From: an uncultured Klebsiella sp.
Lineage (GTDB): Bacteria; Verrucomicrobiota; Verrucomicrobiia; Opitutales; UBA953
NCBI GenBank assembly: GCA_964643215.1
Contig: CAZXSI010000001.1
Coordinates: 23,029-87,028, forward strand
Direction: 5' to 3'
DNA length: 64,000 bases
Shown here: in pieces, positions 28,192-37,524 of the stretch
Numbering within the stretch: position 1 is the first letter of the stretch
Layout: each line of letters starts with the position of its first letter
Program-made: the position numbers and the translations under genes
The notes under the pieces: model-generated
What the model saw: only the letters and a program-made list of their open reading frames with translations
Told to the model about the DNA's origin: nothing
Database searches by the model: none

Positions 28192-28655
28192 TCAGCGGCG
28201 GTGGCCGACTTCTTGGCTTCGATCAGGACCGCCTTGCCTCCGGCCTTCTCGATCTTCGCTTTCGCGTCCTTGGAGAAACGGTGGGCCTTGACGGTGACGG
28301 CGCGCGTGAGCTCGCCGGTGCCGAGGATCTTGAGGAGGGGGGCGGACTTGCGGAGGACGCCGGCGGCGACGAGTTCCTCGAGGCCGAAGGTGCTGCCCTT
28401 GAGTTCCTGGAAGTCGCGCACGTTGAGGACGGCGTAGTCGACGCGGTTCACGTTCTTGAAGCCACGGTGAGGCAGACGACGGTAGAGCGGCATCTGGCCG
28501 CCTTCGAAGCCGGGGCGATGGCCGCCGCCGGAGCGGGCCTTCATGCCCTTGTGGCCACGGCCGGAAGTCTTGCCGTGACCGGTGCCGCGGCCGCGGCCGA
28601 GCACCTTGTGGCGATGGGTGGAGCCCTTGATCTTGGGCAGAGAGTCGAGTTTCAT
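28188..28655 (-). CDS. rplO: 50S ribosomal protein L15
   Basis: MKLDSLPKIKGSTHRHKVLGRGRGTGHGKTSGRGHKG... Confidence 0.95.
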   Translation of the reverse strand: MKLDSLPKIKGSTHRHKVLGRGRGTGHGKTSGRGHKGMKARSGGGHRPGFEGGQMPLYRRLPHRGFKNVNRVDYAVLNVRDFQELKGSTFGLEELVAAGVLRKSAPLLKILGTGELTRAVTVKAHRFSKDAKAKIEKAGGKAVLIEAKKSATAAE

Positions 28656-28670
28656 GTCTGTGTGTTCCGC

Positions 28671-29315
28671 TTAGGCGCGGAGAGCCTTGATTTGTTCGAG
28701 GGTGCGGAGCTTGGCGAGACCGTCCAAGGTGGCCTTCACGATCGCCTGCGGGTTGTTGGAACCCATGGACTTCGAGAGGACGTCCTTGTAACCGGCGACT
28801 TCGAGCACGGCGCGGACGCCGCCGCCGGCGATGAGGCCGGTACCGGGCGCGGCCGGACGGAGCATCACGACGCCGCCGTCGGCGTGGCCGATGACTTCGT
28901 GCGGGATGGTGTTGCCGCGGAGATTGACGCGGACGAGGGCGCGGTGGGCGCGGTCGGTGCCCTTGCGGATCGCATCGGGAACTTCCTTGGCCTTGCCGTA
29001 GCCGACGCCGACGCGGCCCTTGCCGTCACCCGCCACGACGAGCGCGGCGAAGTTGAAGCGACGGCCGCCTTTGACGACCTTCGAGCAGCGGTTGATGTGG
29101 ACGACCTTGTCGTTGTATTCGGAAGCGGGGGCGTCGTTGCGGTTGTCGCGACGCGGACCGCGGCCAGGGCCGCCGGGACCGTTGCGTCGGCCGCCGGGAC
29201 CACCGGGGCCGCCGGGACCACGACGATCGCCGCCGGGACCGGAACGGCCGGGGGCGCCGGAAGAGGCGGGGGCGGAGGCGGCGGGAGCCGCGGCGGGGGT
29301 GTTTTCTGCGCTCAT
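28671..29315 (-). CDS. rpsE: 30S ribosomal protein S5 (with about 55-65 aa of N-terminal G/P/R-rich extension)
   Basis: The core is [49 protein letters not shown]. Confidence 0.9.
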   Translation of the reverse strand: MSAENTPAAAPAASAPASSGAPGRSGPGGDRRGPGGPGGPGGRRNGPGGPGRGPRRDNRNDAPASEYNDKVVHINRCSKVVKGGRRFNFAALVVAGDGKGRVGVGYGKAKEVPDAIRKGTDRAHRALVRVNLRGNTIPHEVIGHADGGVVMLRPAAPGTGLIAGGGVRAVLEVAGYKDVLSKSMGSNNPQAIVKATLDGLAKLRTLEQIKALRA

Positions 29316-29319
29316 GAAA

Positions 29320-29682
29320 TTAGAAGGTCAGGCCGGCCTGGCGGGCGGCTTCGGCGAAGGACTTCACGGTGCCGTGGTAACGGCGGCCGGCGCGATCGAA
29401 GACGACGGTCGTGAGACCGGCCTTCTTGGCCTTGGCGCCGAAAGCGGTGCCGAAGGCGGCGGCGCCGCCGACGTTGGCCTTGAGCTTCTGGCCGCGGAGG
29501 TCCTTGGAGGTGGTGGAGAGGGAGACGAGGGTCTTGCCCGCTTCGTCGTCGATGGCCTGCGCGTACAGGTGCAGGTGCGTGAGCTTGAGGGCCAGGCGGG
29601 GGCGGGCGGCGGTGCCGCGCACCGTCTTGCGGATACGCCAGCGGCGCTTCTGCGCCAGGAGATTCTTCTTCTGCAGTTTCAT
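29320..29682 (-). CDS. rplR: 50S ribosomal protein L18
   Basis: The internal ATG at 29682 gives 120 aa: [46 protein letters not shown]...[23 protein letters not shown]. Confidence 0.95.
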   Translation of the reverse strand: MKLQKKNLLAQKRRWRIRKTVRGTAARPRLALKLTHLHLYAQAIDDEAGKTLVSLSTTSKDLRGQKLKANVGGAAAFGTAFGAKAKKAGLTTVVFDRAGRRYHGTVKSFAEAARQAGLTF

Positions 29683-29705
29683 GGAGTGTGTTCGGTTCGG
29701 GCGGA

Positions 29706-30272
29706 TTAGGCCGTCTTCTTGCCTTCCTTGCGGCGGACGAATTCGCCTTCGACGCGGACGCCCTTGCCCTTGTAGGGCTCGACCGGCTTGTAGAGCTTGA
29801 TCGAGGAGGCGACCTGGCCGACCATGTGACGGTCGGCGCCGGTGATCACGAGCTTGGTGCCGTCGGTCACGACGACGTTGACGCCGGTCGGGATGGTGTA
29901 GCGGATCGGGTGGGAGTAGCCGAGGGCGAGGTCGAGGACGTTGCCCTTGAGCGCGGCCTTGAAGCCGACGCCTTCGATCAGGAGGGTCTTGGAGTAGCCC
30001 GTGGCCACGCCTTCGCACATGTTGCGGATGATGGCGCGGACGGTGCCGTGGAGGGCGCCGGCGGTGCCGGGCTTCACGACCTTGCCGGCGGCGTCCTTGA
30101 CCTCGGTGAGGTCCGTGACGTTGACGACCTTGGCGTCGGCGACGACGCCGATCTCCTTCGGGAAGGGTTTCGAGAGTTCGCCCTTGGGCCCCTTGACGAC
30201 GACGACGTTGTCCTTCACGGACACGGTCACCTTGTCGGGGATGTTGACGGGCTGCTTACCAATTCGGCTCAT
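29706..30272 (-). CDS. rplF: 50S ribosomal protein L6
   Basis: MSRIGKQPVNIPDKVTVSVKDNVVVVKGPKGELS... Confidence 0.95.
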   Translation of the reverse strand: MSRIGKQPVNIPDKVTVSVKDNVVVVKGPKGELSKPFPKEIGVVADAKVVNVTDLTEVKDAAGKVVKPGTAGALHGTVRAIIRNMCEGVATGYSKTLLIEGVGFKAALKGNVLDLALGYSHPIRYTIPTGVNVVVTDGTKLVITGADRHMVGQVASSIKLYKPVEPYKGKGVRVEGEFVRRKEGKKTA

Positions 30273-30299
30273 GGAGTTGCTTGTTGAGGGTTGGACGGA

Positions 30300-30698
30300 T
30301 TACCAGACCTTCGCGAGGAGTTCGCCGCCGACCTTCTGGCGACGGGCTTCGGCGTCGGTCATGACGCCGCGGGAAGTGGTGAGGATGGAGACGCCCATGC
30401 CGCCGATGACCTTGGGGACGGAGCTGTAGCCCGCGTAGACCCGACGGCCGGGGGTCGAGACGCGCTCGATGCTGGTGATGGCCGGCACGCCGGCGACGTA
30501 CTTGAGGGCGATCTCGAGGACCGGCAGCCCGTCGCGCTCGGCCTTGCGGGCGGAGGCGACGTAACCGGCGTCGACGAGGATCTTGGCGACGCCTTCGCGG
30601 AGGCGGGACCACTGGACGGTGATCACGGCCTTGTTGGCCTGCGAACCGTTGCGGATGGAGGTGAGGAAATCCCCGATGGTGTCAGTAGAAGCGGACAT
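30300..30698 (-). CDS. rpsH: 30S ribosomal protein S8
   Basis: DTIGDFLTSIRNGSQANKAVITVQWSRLREGVAKILVDAGYV... Confidence 0.95.
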   Translation of the reverse strand: MSASTDTIGDFLTSIRNGSQANKAVITVQWSRLREGVAKILVDAGYVASARKAERDGLPVLEIALKYVAGVPAITSIERVSTPGRRVYAGYSSVPKVIGGMGVSILTTSRGVMTDAEARRQKVGGELLAKVW

Positions 30699-30719
30699 GG
30701 TTTTGGTTTTGCTGTTGGA

Positions 30720-31025
30720 TTACCAGGAGGCCTTGGTGACGCCGGGAATCTGGCCGTTGAGCGCGAGCTCGCGGAAGGTGATACGGGAAAGGCCGAACTT
30801 GCGGATGAACGCACGCGGACGACCGGAGATGGAGCAGCGGTTCTTCTGGCGGACCTTCGACGAGCTGCGGGGCAGCTTGGCGAGCTTGCGCTGGGCTTCG
30901 TAGAAAGCCTCCTCGGAGACCTTGGGGTCGGCGAGGGTCTTCTTGAGCTCGGCGCGCTTGGCGGCGAACTTCTTGACGAGGCGGTCGCGCTTGAGGGCGC
31001 GCTGGATGACGGACTTCTTGGCCAT
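30720..31025 (-). CDS. rpsN: 30S ribosomal protein S14 (long, 101-aa form)
   Basis: [28 protein letters not shown]...[39 protein letters not shown]. Confidence 0.95.
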   Translation of the reverse strand: MAKKSVIQRALKRDRLVKKFAAKRAELKKTLADPKVSEEAFYEAQRKLAKLPRSSSKVRQKNRCSISGRPRAFIRKFGLSRITFRELALNGQIPGVTKASW

Positions 31026-31046
31026 GCTGGTAAGGAGTAGGAAGGT

Positions 31047-31640
31047 TTAGGCCTTGGCGGCGGTGGCGGTGGCGGCGGCCGCGTCGGCGGCGCTGGAGCG
31101 GCGGAACGGCATGCCCAGGAGGCGGAGCAGTTCGCGGCCTTCGTCATCGGTCTGGGCCGACGTGACGATCACGACGTCCATGCCGATGTTGGCGCGCTGG
31201 GAGCCGTCGGCCTGGGTTTCCGGGAAGATGGTGTGGTCGACGATGCCGAGGGAGTAGTTGCCGCGGCCGTCGAGACGGTTCGAGGTGCCGCGGAAGTCGC
31301 GGATCATCGGGAGGGCCACCGCGGTGAGGCGGAGGTAGAATTCCCACATGCGGGCGCCGCGGAGGGTGACCATGCAGCCGAGGGTCATGCCTTCGCGCAC
31401 CTTGAAGGAGGCGACGGACTTGGAGGCCTTGGTGAGGACGGGCTTCTGGCCGGAAAGCTTGGTGAGCTCCTTCACGACTTCGGCGATGTGGCCTTTGTCG
31501 GCCTCGGCCTTGAAGGCGGAGTTGAGGACGATCTTCTTCAGGTTCGGGACCTGGTGGATGTTCTTGTAGCCGCGGCTCTTGATGAGCTCGGGGACGACCT
31601 TCTCGAGGTAGTACTTCTTCAGGTAAGGAACGGATGCCAT
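31047..31640 (-). CDS. rplE: 50S ribosomal protein L5
   Basis: ...NIHQVPNLKKIVLNSAF...MTLGCMVTLRGARMWEFYLRL...RDFRG...GNYSLGI. The C-terminal tail is alanine-rich. Confidence 0.95.
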   Translation of the reverse strand: MASVPYLKKYYLEKVVPELIKSRGYKNIHQVPNLKKIVLNSAFKAEADKGHIAEVVKELTKLSGQKPVLTKASKSVASFKVREGMTLGCMVTLRGARMWEFYLRLTAVALPMIRDFRGTSNRLDGRGNYSLGIVDHTIFPETQADGSQRANIGMDVVIVTSAQTDDEGRELLRLLGMPFRRSSAADAAAATATAAKA

Positions 31641-31673
31641 TTGCGTGTTGAGTCTCGGGTGGTTTCGTCGGGA

Positions 31674-31946
31674 TTACTTCTTGGCGGCCTTGGCCGGCTT
31701 CTTGGCGCGACGGGCGTCCCAGAGGGAGCCGAGCATCACGTTGGAGCGGTGGATGGGGGCTTCACGCTCGGTGATGCCGCCCTGGCCGTCCTGGGTGCGC
31801 TTCAGGTGGCGCTTGACGAGGTTGAGGCCCTCGATGGTGACGCGTTCGTCGGCACGGTTGTAGCTGACGATCTTGCCACGCTTGCCTTTTTCGGCGCCGG
31901 CGATGACGACGACTTCGTCACCCTTCTTGATGTCGGTCTTGGACAT
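31674..31946 (-). CDS. rplX: 50S ribosomal protein L24
   Basis: A KOW motif: [21 protein letters not shown]...[14 protein letters not shown]. Confidence 0.95.
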   Translation of the reverse strand: MSKTDIKKGDEVVVIAGAEKGKRGKIVSYNRADERVTIEGLNLVKRHLKRTQDGQGGITEREAPIHRSNVMLGSLWDARRAKKPAKAAKK

Positions 31947-31952
31947 GGTGGT

Positions 31953-32318
31953 TCAGAGTACCTCGGGAGCGAGGGAGATGATCTTCATGAAGTTCTTGCT
32001 GCGGAGCTCGCGAGCGACGGGCCCGAAGATGCGGGTGCCCTTGGGGTTGCCGTTCTCGTCGAGGATGACGACGGCGTTGGTGTCGAATCGCAGGTAGCTG
32101 CCATCCGCGCGGCGGATGGGGGCGACGGTCCGGACGATCACGGCGCGGCAGACGGAACCCTTCTTCACCTGGGCGTCGGGGGTGGAGTCCTTGACGGAGC
32201 AGATGATGATATCGCCCACGCCGGCGGTGTCGGTGAGCTGGCCGAGGCGGCGGATCATGCGGACCCTGCGGGCTCCGGTGTTGTCGGCTACTTCGAGCCG
32301 GGAAAGCATCTGAATCAT
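31953..32318 (-). CDS. rplN: 50S ribosomal protein L14
   Basis: [23 protein letters not shown]... Confidence 0.95.
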   Translation of the reverse strand: MIQMLSRLEVADNTGARRVRMIRRLGQLTDTAGVGDIIICSVKDSTPDAQVKKGSVCRAVIVRTVAPIRRADGSYLRFDTNAVVILDENGNPKGTRIFGPVARELRSKNFMKIISLAPEVL

Positions 32319-32351
32319 GGTGAGAAGGGTCTGGAGTGGGGAGGAGGCCGA

Positions 32352-32636
32352 TTAGTCGTCGATGGACTCGGCGGCGATCTTCGCGGCTTCGACGACGCGG
32401 ACGACGCGCCAGCGCTTGAGCTTCGAAAGGGGGCGGGTCTCCATGATCTCGACCTTGTCGCCGGGCTTGCACTCGTTCTTCTCGTCATGGGCGTGCAGGA
32501 CGGTGCGACGCTTGACTTCCTTCCCGTAGACGGGGTGCGGAACGGTGTACTGGAAGTTCACCTTGATGGATTTGTCGCCCGAGCGGGAGGCGACGAGACC
32601 CTGGAGGGTCTTGCGGTTGGAGCGGTCTTCGGACAT
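32352..32636 (-). CDS. rpsQ: 30S ribosomal protein S17
   Basis: ...RKTLQGLVASRSGDKSIKVNFQYTVPHPVYGKEVKRRTVLHAHDEKNECKPGDKVEIMETRPLSK. Confidence 0.95.
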   Translation of the reverse strand: MSEDRSNRKTLQGLVASRSGDKSIKVNFQYTVPHPVYGKEVKRRTVLHAHDEKNECKPGDKVEIMETRPLSKLKRWRVVRVVEAAKIAAESIDD

Positions 32637-32660
32637 CGGGAAAGGGAGCGAGGGGGTGGG

Positions 32661-32891
32661 TTATTTCTTCTTCGCCGGGGCGGACTTGCCGGAAAGGACG
32701 GTCATGCAACGGGCGACGTCGCGGCGCAGGGCGCGGAAACGGGCGGAGTTCTCGACGGCGCCGGTGGCCTTCTTGAGGCGGAGGCTGAGGAGTTCCTCGC
32801 GGGCTTCGCGGATGCGCTTCTGCAGCTCGGCAGGAGCCAGGGGGCGCAGGGCCGTGGCGGCGGTGGGCTTATCTTTCCGGTAGGTGGACAT
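32661..32891 (-). CDS. rpmC: 50S ribosomal protein L29
   Basis: ...ELQKRIREAREELLSLRLKKATGAVENSARFRALRRDVARCMTVL. Confidence 0.9.
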   Translation of the reverse strand: MSTYRKDKPTAATALRPLAPAELQKRIREAREELLSLRLKKATGAVENSARFRALRRDVARCMTVLSGKSAPAKKK

Positions 32892-32932
32892 CGGTGAAAA
32901 GGGTCAGTTATGGGTGGTCGGGGCCGGTTGCA

Positions 32933-33361
32933 TCAATACTTTTCGAGCTCTTCGCGGGCCACGAAACGGCAGCGGAGCTGGAGCTTGGTGTCGGCGAGGC
33001 GCATGGCTTCGCGGGCGACCGTGATCGGCACGCCGGCGACCTCGAAGAGCATGGTGCCCGGCTTGACGCAGGCCACGTAGTACTCGACGCTGCCCTTGCC
33101 GGAACCCATGCGGACTTCGGCCGGCTTCTTGGTCACCGGAGTGTGCGGGAAGATGCGCATCCACATCTTGCCCTTGCGCTTGAGCGAACGGGAGATGGCG
33201 ATGCGGGCGGCCTCGATCTGGTTGGCCGGAACGCGGCCGCGGTCGAGGGACTGGATGCCGAAGTCGCCGAAGGACAGCGTGTTGCAGGCCGTGGCGTTGC
33301 CACGGATCTTGCCCTTGCGGTGCTTGCGCCACTTGGTGCGAGCGGGTTGGAGATTGGCCAT
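32933..33361 (-). CDS. rplP: 50S ribosomal protein L16
   Basis: ...RTKWRKHRKGKIRGNATACNTLSFGDFGIQSL...IEAARIAISRSLKRKGKMWMRIFPHTPVTKKPAEVRMGSGKG. Confidence 0.95.
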   Translation of the reverse strand: MANLQPARTKWRKHRKGKIRGNATACNTLSFGDFGIQSLDRGRVPANQIEAARIAISRSLKRKGKMWMRIFPHTPVTKKPAEVRMGSGKGSVEYYVACVKPGTMLFEVAGVPITVAREAMRLADTKLQLRCRFVAREELEKY

Positions 33362-33395
33362 GTTGGTCTGGAAGGTGAAGGGTTAAGGAGGAGGC

Positions 33396-34037
33396 TTAGA
33401 ACTCGGAGTCCTTGGAGCAGATCCAGCACTTGATGCCGACCTTGCCGGCCAGGGTGCGGGCTTCGGTGAAACCGTAGTCGATGTTCTCGCGCAGGGTATG
33501 GAGCGGCACGCGGCCGACGCGGGCGGACTCGACGCGGGCGATCTCGGCGCCGCCGAGACGACCGCCGAGGCGGATACGGATGCCATCGGCGCCGTTCGTC
33601 ATGGTGGTCTGGACGGCCTTCTTCATGGCGCGGCGGAAGGAGATGCGGCGCTCGAGCTGGAGGGCGATGTTCTCGGCGACGAGCTGGGCCACGAGGTCGG
33701 GGCGCTTCACTTCGTTCACCTCGAGGATGATGTCGTCGACGCGGGCCTTGCCGGCGACCTTCTGGATCTCGGCGCGGAGATTCTTGAGCTCGTCGCCCTT
33801 GCGGCCGATGACGACGCCCGGACGGGCGGTCCAGATGCGGACGCGGACCTTCTGGCCGGCGCGTTCGATGAAGATGCGGGGCACGGCGGCCTGGCGGAGC
33901 TTCTCCTTGAGGAACTCGCGGATGCGGTAGTCCTCCAGGATGTTGGCCGGGAAGTCGCGCTTGGTGGCGTACCAGCGGGATTCCCAGTTGCGGCGGACGG
34001 CTAGGCGGAAGCCGATCGGATTTACTTTCTGGCCCAT
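33396..34037 (-). CDS. rpsC: 30S ribosomal protein S3
   Basis: MGQKVNPIGFRLAVRRNWESRWYA... with a KH domain, then ...RLGGRLGGAEIAR. Confidence 0.95.
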   Translation of the reverse strand: MGQKVNPIGFRLAVRRNWESRWYATKRDFPANILEDYRIREFLKEKLRQAAVPRIFIERAGQKVRVRIWTARPGVVIGRKGDELKNLRAEIQKVAGKARVDDIILEVNEVKRPDLVAQLVAENIALQLERRISFRRAMKKAVQTTMTNGADGIRIRLGGRLGGAEIARVESARVGRVPLHTLRENIDYGFTEARTLAGKVGIKCWICSKDSEF

Positions 34038-34047
34038 GTTTCGGAAA

Positions 34048-34386
34048 TTACTTGGTGGCGGAACCCAGAGACACGCGGATGTGGCTCATGGACTTGTGGA
34101 TAGGGTGGGCGGAACCGCGGGCGGCCGGCATCGAGCGCTTGATGACCGGGCCTTGGTTGACCGTGGCGGAGACGATCACGAGATCGCTGCTGGAAAGGTT
34201 GTGGTTGTTCTCGGCGTTGGCGATCGCGCTGGCGAGGGTCTTGCCCAGGAGGCGGGCGGACTTGCGCGGGATGAAGCGGAGAAGCTGGATGGCTTCCTCG
34301 GCGGGAAGGCCCTGGATCTGGCGCGCGACTTCGCGGACCTTCTGGGGCGACATGCGGGCAAAACGGGTGGTGGCGTGGACTTCCAT
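34048..34386 (-). CDS. rplV: 50S ribosomal protein L22
   Basis: MEVHATTRFARMSPQKVREVARQIQGLPAEEAIQLLRFIPRKSA... Confidence 0.95.
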   Translation of the reverse strand: MEVHATTRFARMSPQKVREVARQIQGLPAEEAIQLLRFIPRKSARLLGKTLASAIANAENNHNLSSSDLVIVSATVNQGPVIKRSMPAARGSAHPIHKSMSHIRVSLGSATK

Positions 34387-34406
34387 GACTTTGGTAAGGG
34401 GTTGGG

Positions 34407-34745
34407 TTAGATGCGGGGATTGGCGCGAGGGGTGACGAGGTCGCCGGCGACGATGCCGGCGGAGTTGTCCAGGGAAAGGATGAGGGCGACCGAGCGGTGC
34501 TGGCCGGCTTCGGCGATGACGAGGGCGCCGAAGGCGACGCCGTCACGGCTCACGTTGCAGACCGTGCCGGGGCGGAAGCCGCGGTCGTGTCCGCCATCCA
34601 GGACAACCAGATCCGTCGCGCGGGCGGAGACGACCGCGACGACCGGAGCCTTGCCATCCGCTTCGGCCGCGCCAAGCGCACGACCTTCCGCGCCGACCGC
34701 GGTGGCGGCGACGAGAAGGACGGACATGGCGAGGACGTTGCGCAC
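34407..34745 (-). CDS. Hypothetical secreted protein encoded inside the S10 operon (between rpsS and rplV)
   Basis: 112 aa on the operon strand. The gene starts 9 nt after the rpsS stop and ends 20 nt before the rplV start. Codon usage is GC3-rich like its neighbours. It has a signal peptide, MRNVLAMSVLLVAATAVGA. I recognise no family. Confidence 0.7.
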   Translation of the reverse strand: MRNVLAMSVLLVAATAVGAEGRALGAAEADGKAPVVAVVSARATDLVVLDGGHDRGFRPGTVCNVSRDGVAFGALVIAEAGQHRSVALILSLDNSAGIVAGDLVTPRANPRI

Positions 34746-34754
34746 GGAGGTGGA

Positions 34755-35033
<279 letters not shown>

Positions 35034-35055
35034 GTTAGGAGAGGGTCAGGAAGGG

Positions 35056-35916
35056 TTAGACCTGCTTCACCTTGCGGCCGTTGCGGCGCAGGATGATCTG
35101 GTTGTTGGAGGCCTTCGCCTTGATGCGGGTCGGGAAGCCCTTGGCGAGCTGGCCCCACGGAGACTTGAGGTGCTGACGACCGCCGCCGCCCTTCTTCTTG
35201 CCGCCGCCACCGCCGTTCGGGTGGTCGACCGGGTTCATGGACATGCCGCGCTGGCGAGGACGGATGCCCTTCCAGCGGCTGCGACCGGCCTTACCGAGGC
35301 TGGCGTTGTGGTGGTCGACGTTGCCGACGATGCCCACGGTGGCGCGGCAATCGGCGTTGAGGTAGCGCTGTTCGCCCGAAGGCATGCGCAGGATCGCGCG
35401 ACCGGCTTCAAGGCCGAGGAGCTGGGCGAAGCCGCCGGCGGAGCGGGCGAGCTGACCACCCTTGCCGGGTTCGATCTCGATGCAGTGGATGAAGGTGGCC
35501 GGAGGGATCAGGCGCAGCGGGAGGGAAAGGCCCGGGGTGAGCTGCTCCTGCGCGGTGTTCGTGCTGACGACCTTGTCGCCGACCTTGAGGCCGTCCGGCG
35601 CGAGGATGTAGTTCAGCGTCTTGTCGGCGTACTCGATGAGGGCCAGGTGGGAAGTGCGGTTCGGGTCGTACTCGATGCGGATCACGGTCGCCGGGGCGTC
35701 CAGGCGGTCGCGGCGGAAATCGATGGTACGATAGAGCTTCTTATGGCCTCCGCCCCGACGACGGGAGGTGATGCGGCCGTAGCAGTTACGGCCCATCGCG
35801 CGGTGGTTGAACTCGGTGAGGGCGCGCTCGGGGCGGCCGGCGTGCAGCCCCTCGGTCTTGACGCGCACAAGGAAGCGCGTGCCGGGGGTGATGGGACGAT
35901 GGGTGATGATGGGCAT
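35056..35916 (-). CDS. rplB: 50S ribosomal protein L2
   Basis: ...GRNCYGRITSRRRGGGHKKLYR...MSMNPVDHPNGGGGGKKKGG. Confidence 0.95.
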   Translation of the reverse strand: MPIITHRPITPGTRFLVRVKTEGLHAGRPERALTEFNHRAMGRNCYGRITSRRRGGGHKKLYRTIDFRRDRLDAPATVIRIEYDPNRTSHLALIEYADKTLNYILAPDGLKVGDKVVSTNTAQEQLTPGLSLPLRLIPPATFIHCIEIEPGKGGQLARSAGGFAQLLGLEAGRAILRMPSGEQRYLNADCRATVGIVGNVDHHNASLGKAGRSRWKGIRPRQRGMSMNPVDHPNGGGGGKKKGGGGRQHLKSPWGQLAKGFPTRIKAKASNNQIILRRNGRKVKQV

Positions 35917-35934
35917 GGCTTGGCTGCTCCGAGA

Positions 35935-36222
35935 TTAGGCGAGGGAGATGACGTCGCCCTTCTTCAGGGTGACGATGGCGCGACGGGAATCCGTCTCGGT
36001 GAAGATCGAACCGCCGGAGAGGCGGCTGCGGCGCAGCTTGCCCTTGCGGATGAGGATGTTGATCTTCTCGACGGTCACCTTGAAGGAGGCCTCGACGGCC
36101 TTCTTGATCTGGGCGCGGTCGGCGCCAGGAAGGACCTCGAAGACGTACTTGTTGGCTTCGGCGAGGCCGGAGGCCTTTTCCGTGAGGATCGGGCGGCTGA
36201 TGATTTCAGAAGCGGGCTTCAT
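35935..36222 (-). CDS. rplW: 50S ribosomal protein L23
   Basis: ...ISRPILTEKASGLAEANKYVFEVLPGADRAQIKKAVEASFKVTVEKINIL. Confidence 0.9.
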   Translation of the reverse strand: MKPASEIISRPILTEKASGLAEANKYVFEVLPGADRAQIKKAVEASFKVTVEKINILIRKGKLRRSRLSGGSIFTETDSRRAIVTLKKGDVISLA

Positions 36223-36234
36223 GGGATGACGGTC

Positions 36235-36861
36235 TTAGTTTTTGGCGCGCTCGAGGACCTTCTTGAGGCCGTCTTCCGAGATCAGGATGCGCGGGGTGCG
36301 CACGAGATCGAGAGCGTTGAGATTGGAAGAATTGGAGAAGATGGCGCGGCTGACGTTGCGGCTGGCGCGGACGACGTTGTCCGACCAGGCGCTGTCCACG
36401 ACGAGGAGGCGCTTGCCGGCGGGGCTCACGTTGGCGAGCACCTTGGCGAAGAGCTTGGTCTTGGGCTGGGCGACCTCGAACTTCTCGATGACCGAGATGC
36501 CGCCGTCGGCGGCGAGCTCGAAGAGCGCGCGCTGGAGGGCGATCTTCTTGGCCTGGGCGGTGATGGTCTTGGACCAGTCGCGGGGGCGAGGGCCGAAGAC
36601 GACGCCGCCCTTGAACATCTGGGGGGCGCGCTTGTCGCCGTGGCGGGAACCGCCGGAACCCTTCTGCGGGAGGACCTTCTTGCCGGAGCCGGCGACTTCG
36701 CCGTAATCCTTGGTCTTCGAGGTGCCCTGGCGCTTGTTGGCCTGGTAGGAGACGATCACCTGCTTGAGCAGGGCGACGCCCTTCGAGCCTTCGAAGGAAG
36801 GAATGTCGAATTCCTTCTCGGTGAAGGCGGAGCCGTCGGACTTGTAAACTTTGAGCTTCAT
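36235..36861 (-). CDS. rplD: 50S ribosomal protein L4
   Basis: ...VIVSYQANKRQGTSKTKDYGEVAGSGKKVLPQKGSGGSRHGDKRAPQMFKGGVVFGPRPRDW. Confidence 0.95.
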   Translation of the reverse strand: MKLKVYKSDGSAFTEKEFDIPSFEGSKGVALLKQVIVSYQANKRQGTSKTKDYGEVAGSGKKVLPQKGSGGSRHGDKRAPQMFKGGVVFGPRPRDWSKTITAQAKKIALQRALFELAADGGISVIEKFEVAQPKTKLFAKVLANVSPAGKRLLVVDSAWSDNVVRASRNVSRAIFSNSSNLNALDLVRTPRILISEDGLKKVLERAKN

Positions 36862-36882
36862 ATCGCTGAGATGCTAGGTGGG

Positions 36883-37524
36883 TTACTTGGCGGCGATGGC
36901 CTTCTTGGCCGGACGCACGAGGACGACCTCACCGTTGGCGCCGGGGAAGCTGCCCTTGATGAGGAGGAGGTTCTTTTCCGCGAGGACCTGGACGACGCGG
37001 AGATTCTGGACGGTGCGCTGCACCTGGCCCATGTGGCCCGGCATGCGCTTGCCCTTGAAGACGTGACCCGGGGTCTGACGCATGCCGATCGAGCCGATGC
37101 GGCGGTGCATCATGTGACCGTGGGAGTCCGGCTGGCCGTCCATGTTGTGGCGCTTGACGACGCCCTGGAAGCCGCGGCCCTTGACGGTGCCGATGACGTC
37201 GACCATCTGGCCGGCGGTGAATTTCTCGACGGTGATGACGTCGCCGACCTTGGCCTGCGTGGCGCCGGCCTGGCGGATCTCGTGGAGATGGGTGTGGGGA
37301 GCGACGCCCGCCTTGCGGAGGTGGCCGACTTCGCCGGCCGACATGCGGCTTTCCTTCTGGGCGCCGAAGGCGATCTGGACGGCGTCGTAGCCGTCCTTGT
37401 CGACGGTCTTGACCTGGGTGACGGGGCAGGGGCCCGCTTGGACGACCGTGACAGGGACGAGGTTGTTGTCCGCGTCATAGACCTGGGTCATTCCGATCTT
37501 CTTACCGAGTAGCTGGTGTTTCAT
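36883..37524 (-). CDS. rplC: 50S ribosomal protein L3
   Basis: ...LLGKKIGMTQVYDADNNLVPVTVVQAGPCPVTQVKT...GKGFQGVVKRHN. Confidence 0.95.
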   Translation of the reverse strand: MKHQLLGKKIGMTQVYDADNNLVPVTVVQAGPCPVTQVKTVDKDGYDAVQIAFGAQKESRMSAGEVGHLRKAGVAPHTHLHEIRQAGATQAKVGDVITVEKFTAGQMVDVIGTVKGRGFQGVVKRHNMDGQPDSHGHMMHRRIGSIGMRQTPGHVFKGKRMPGHMGQVQRTVQNLRVVQVLAEKNLLLIKGSFPGANGEVVLVRPAKKAIAAK

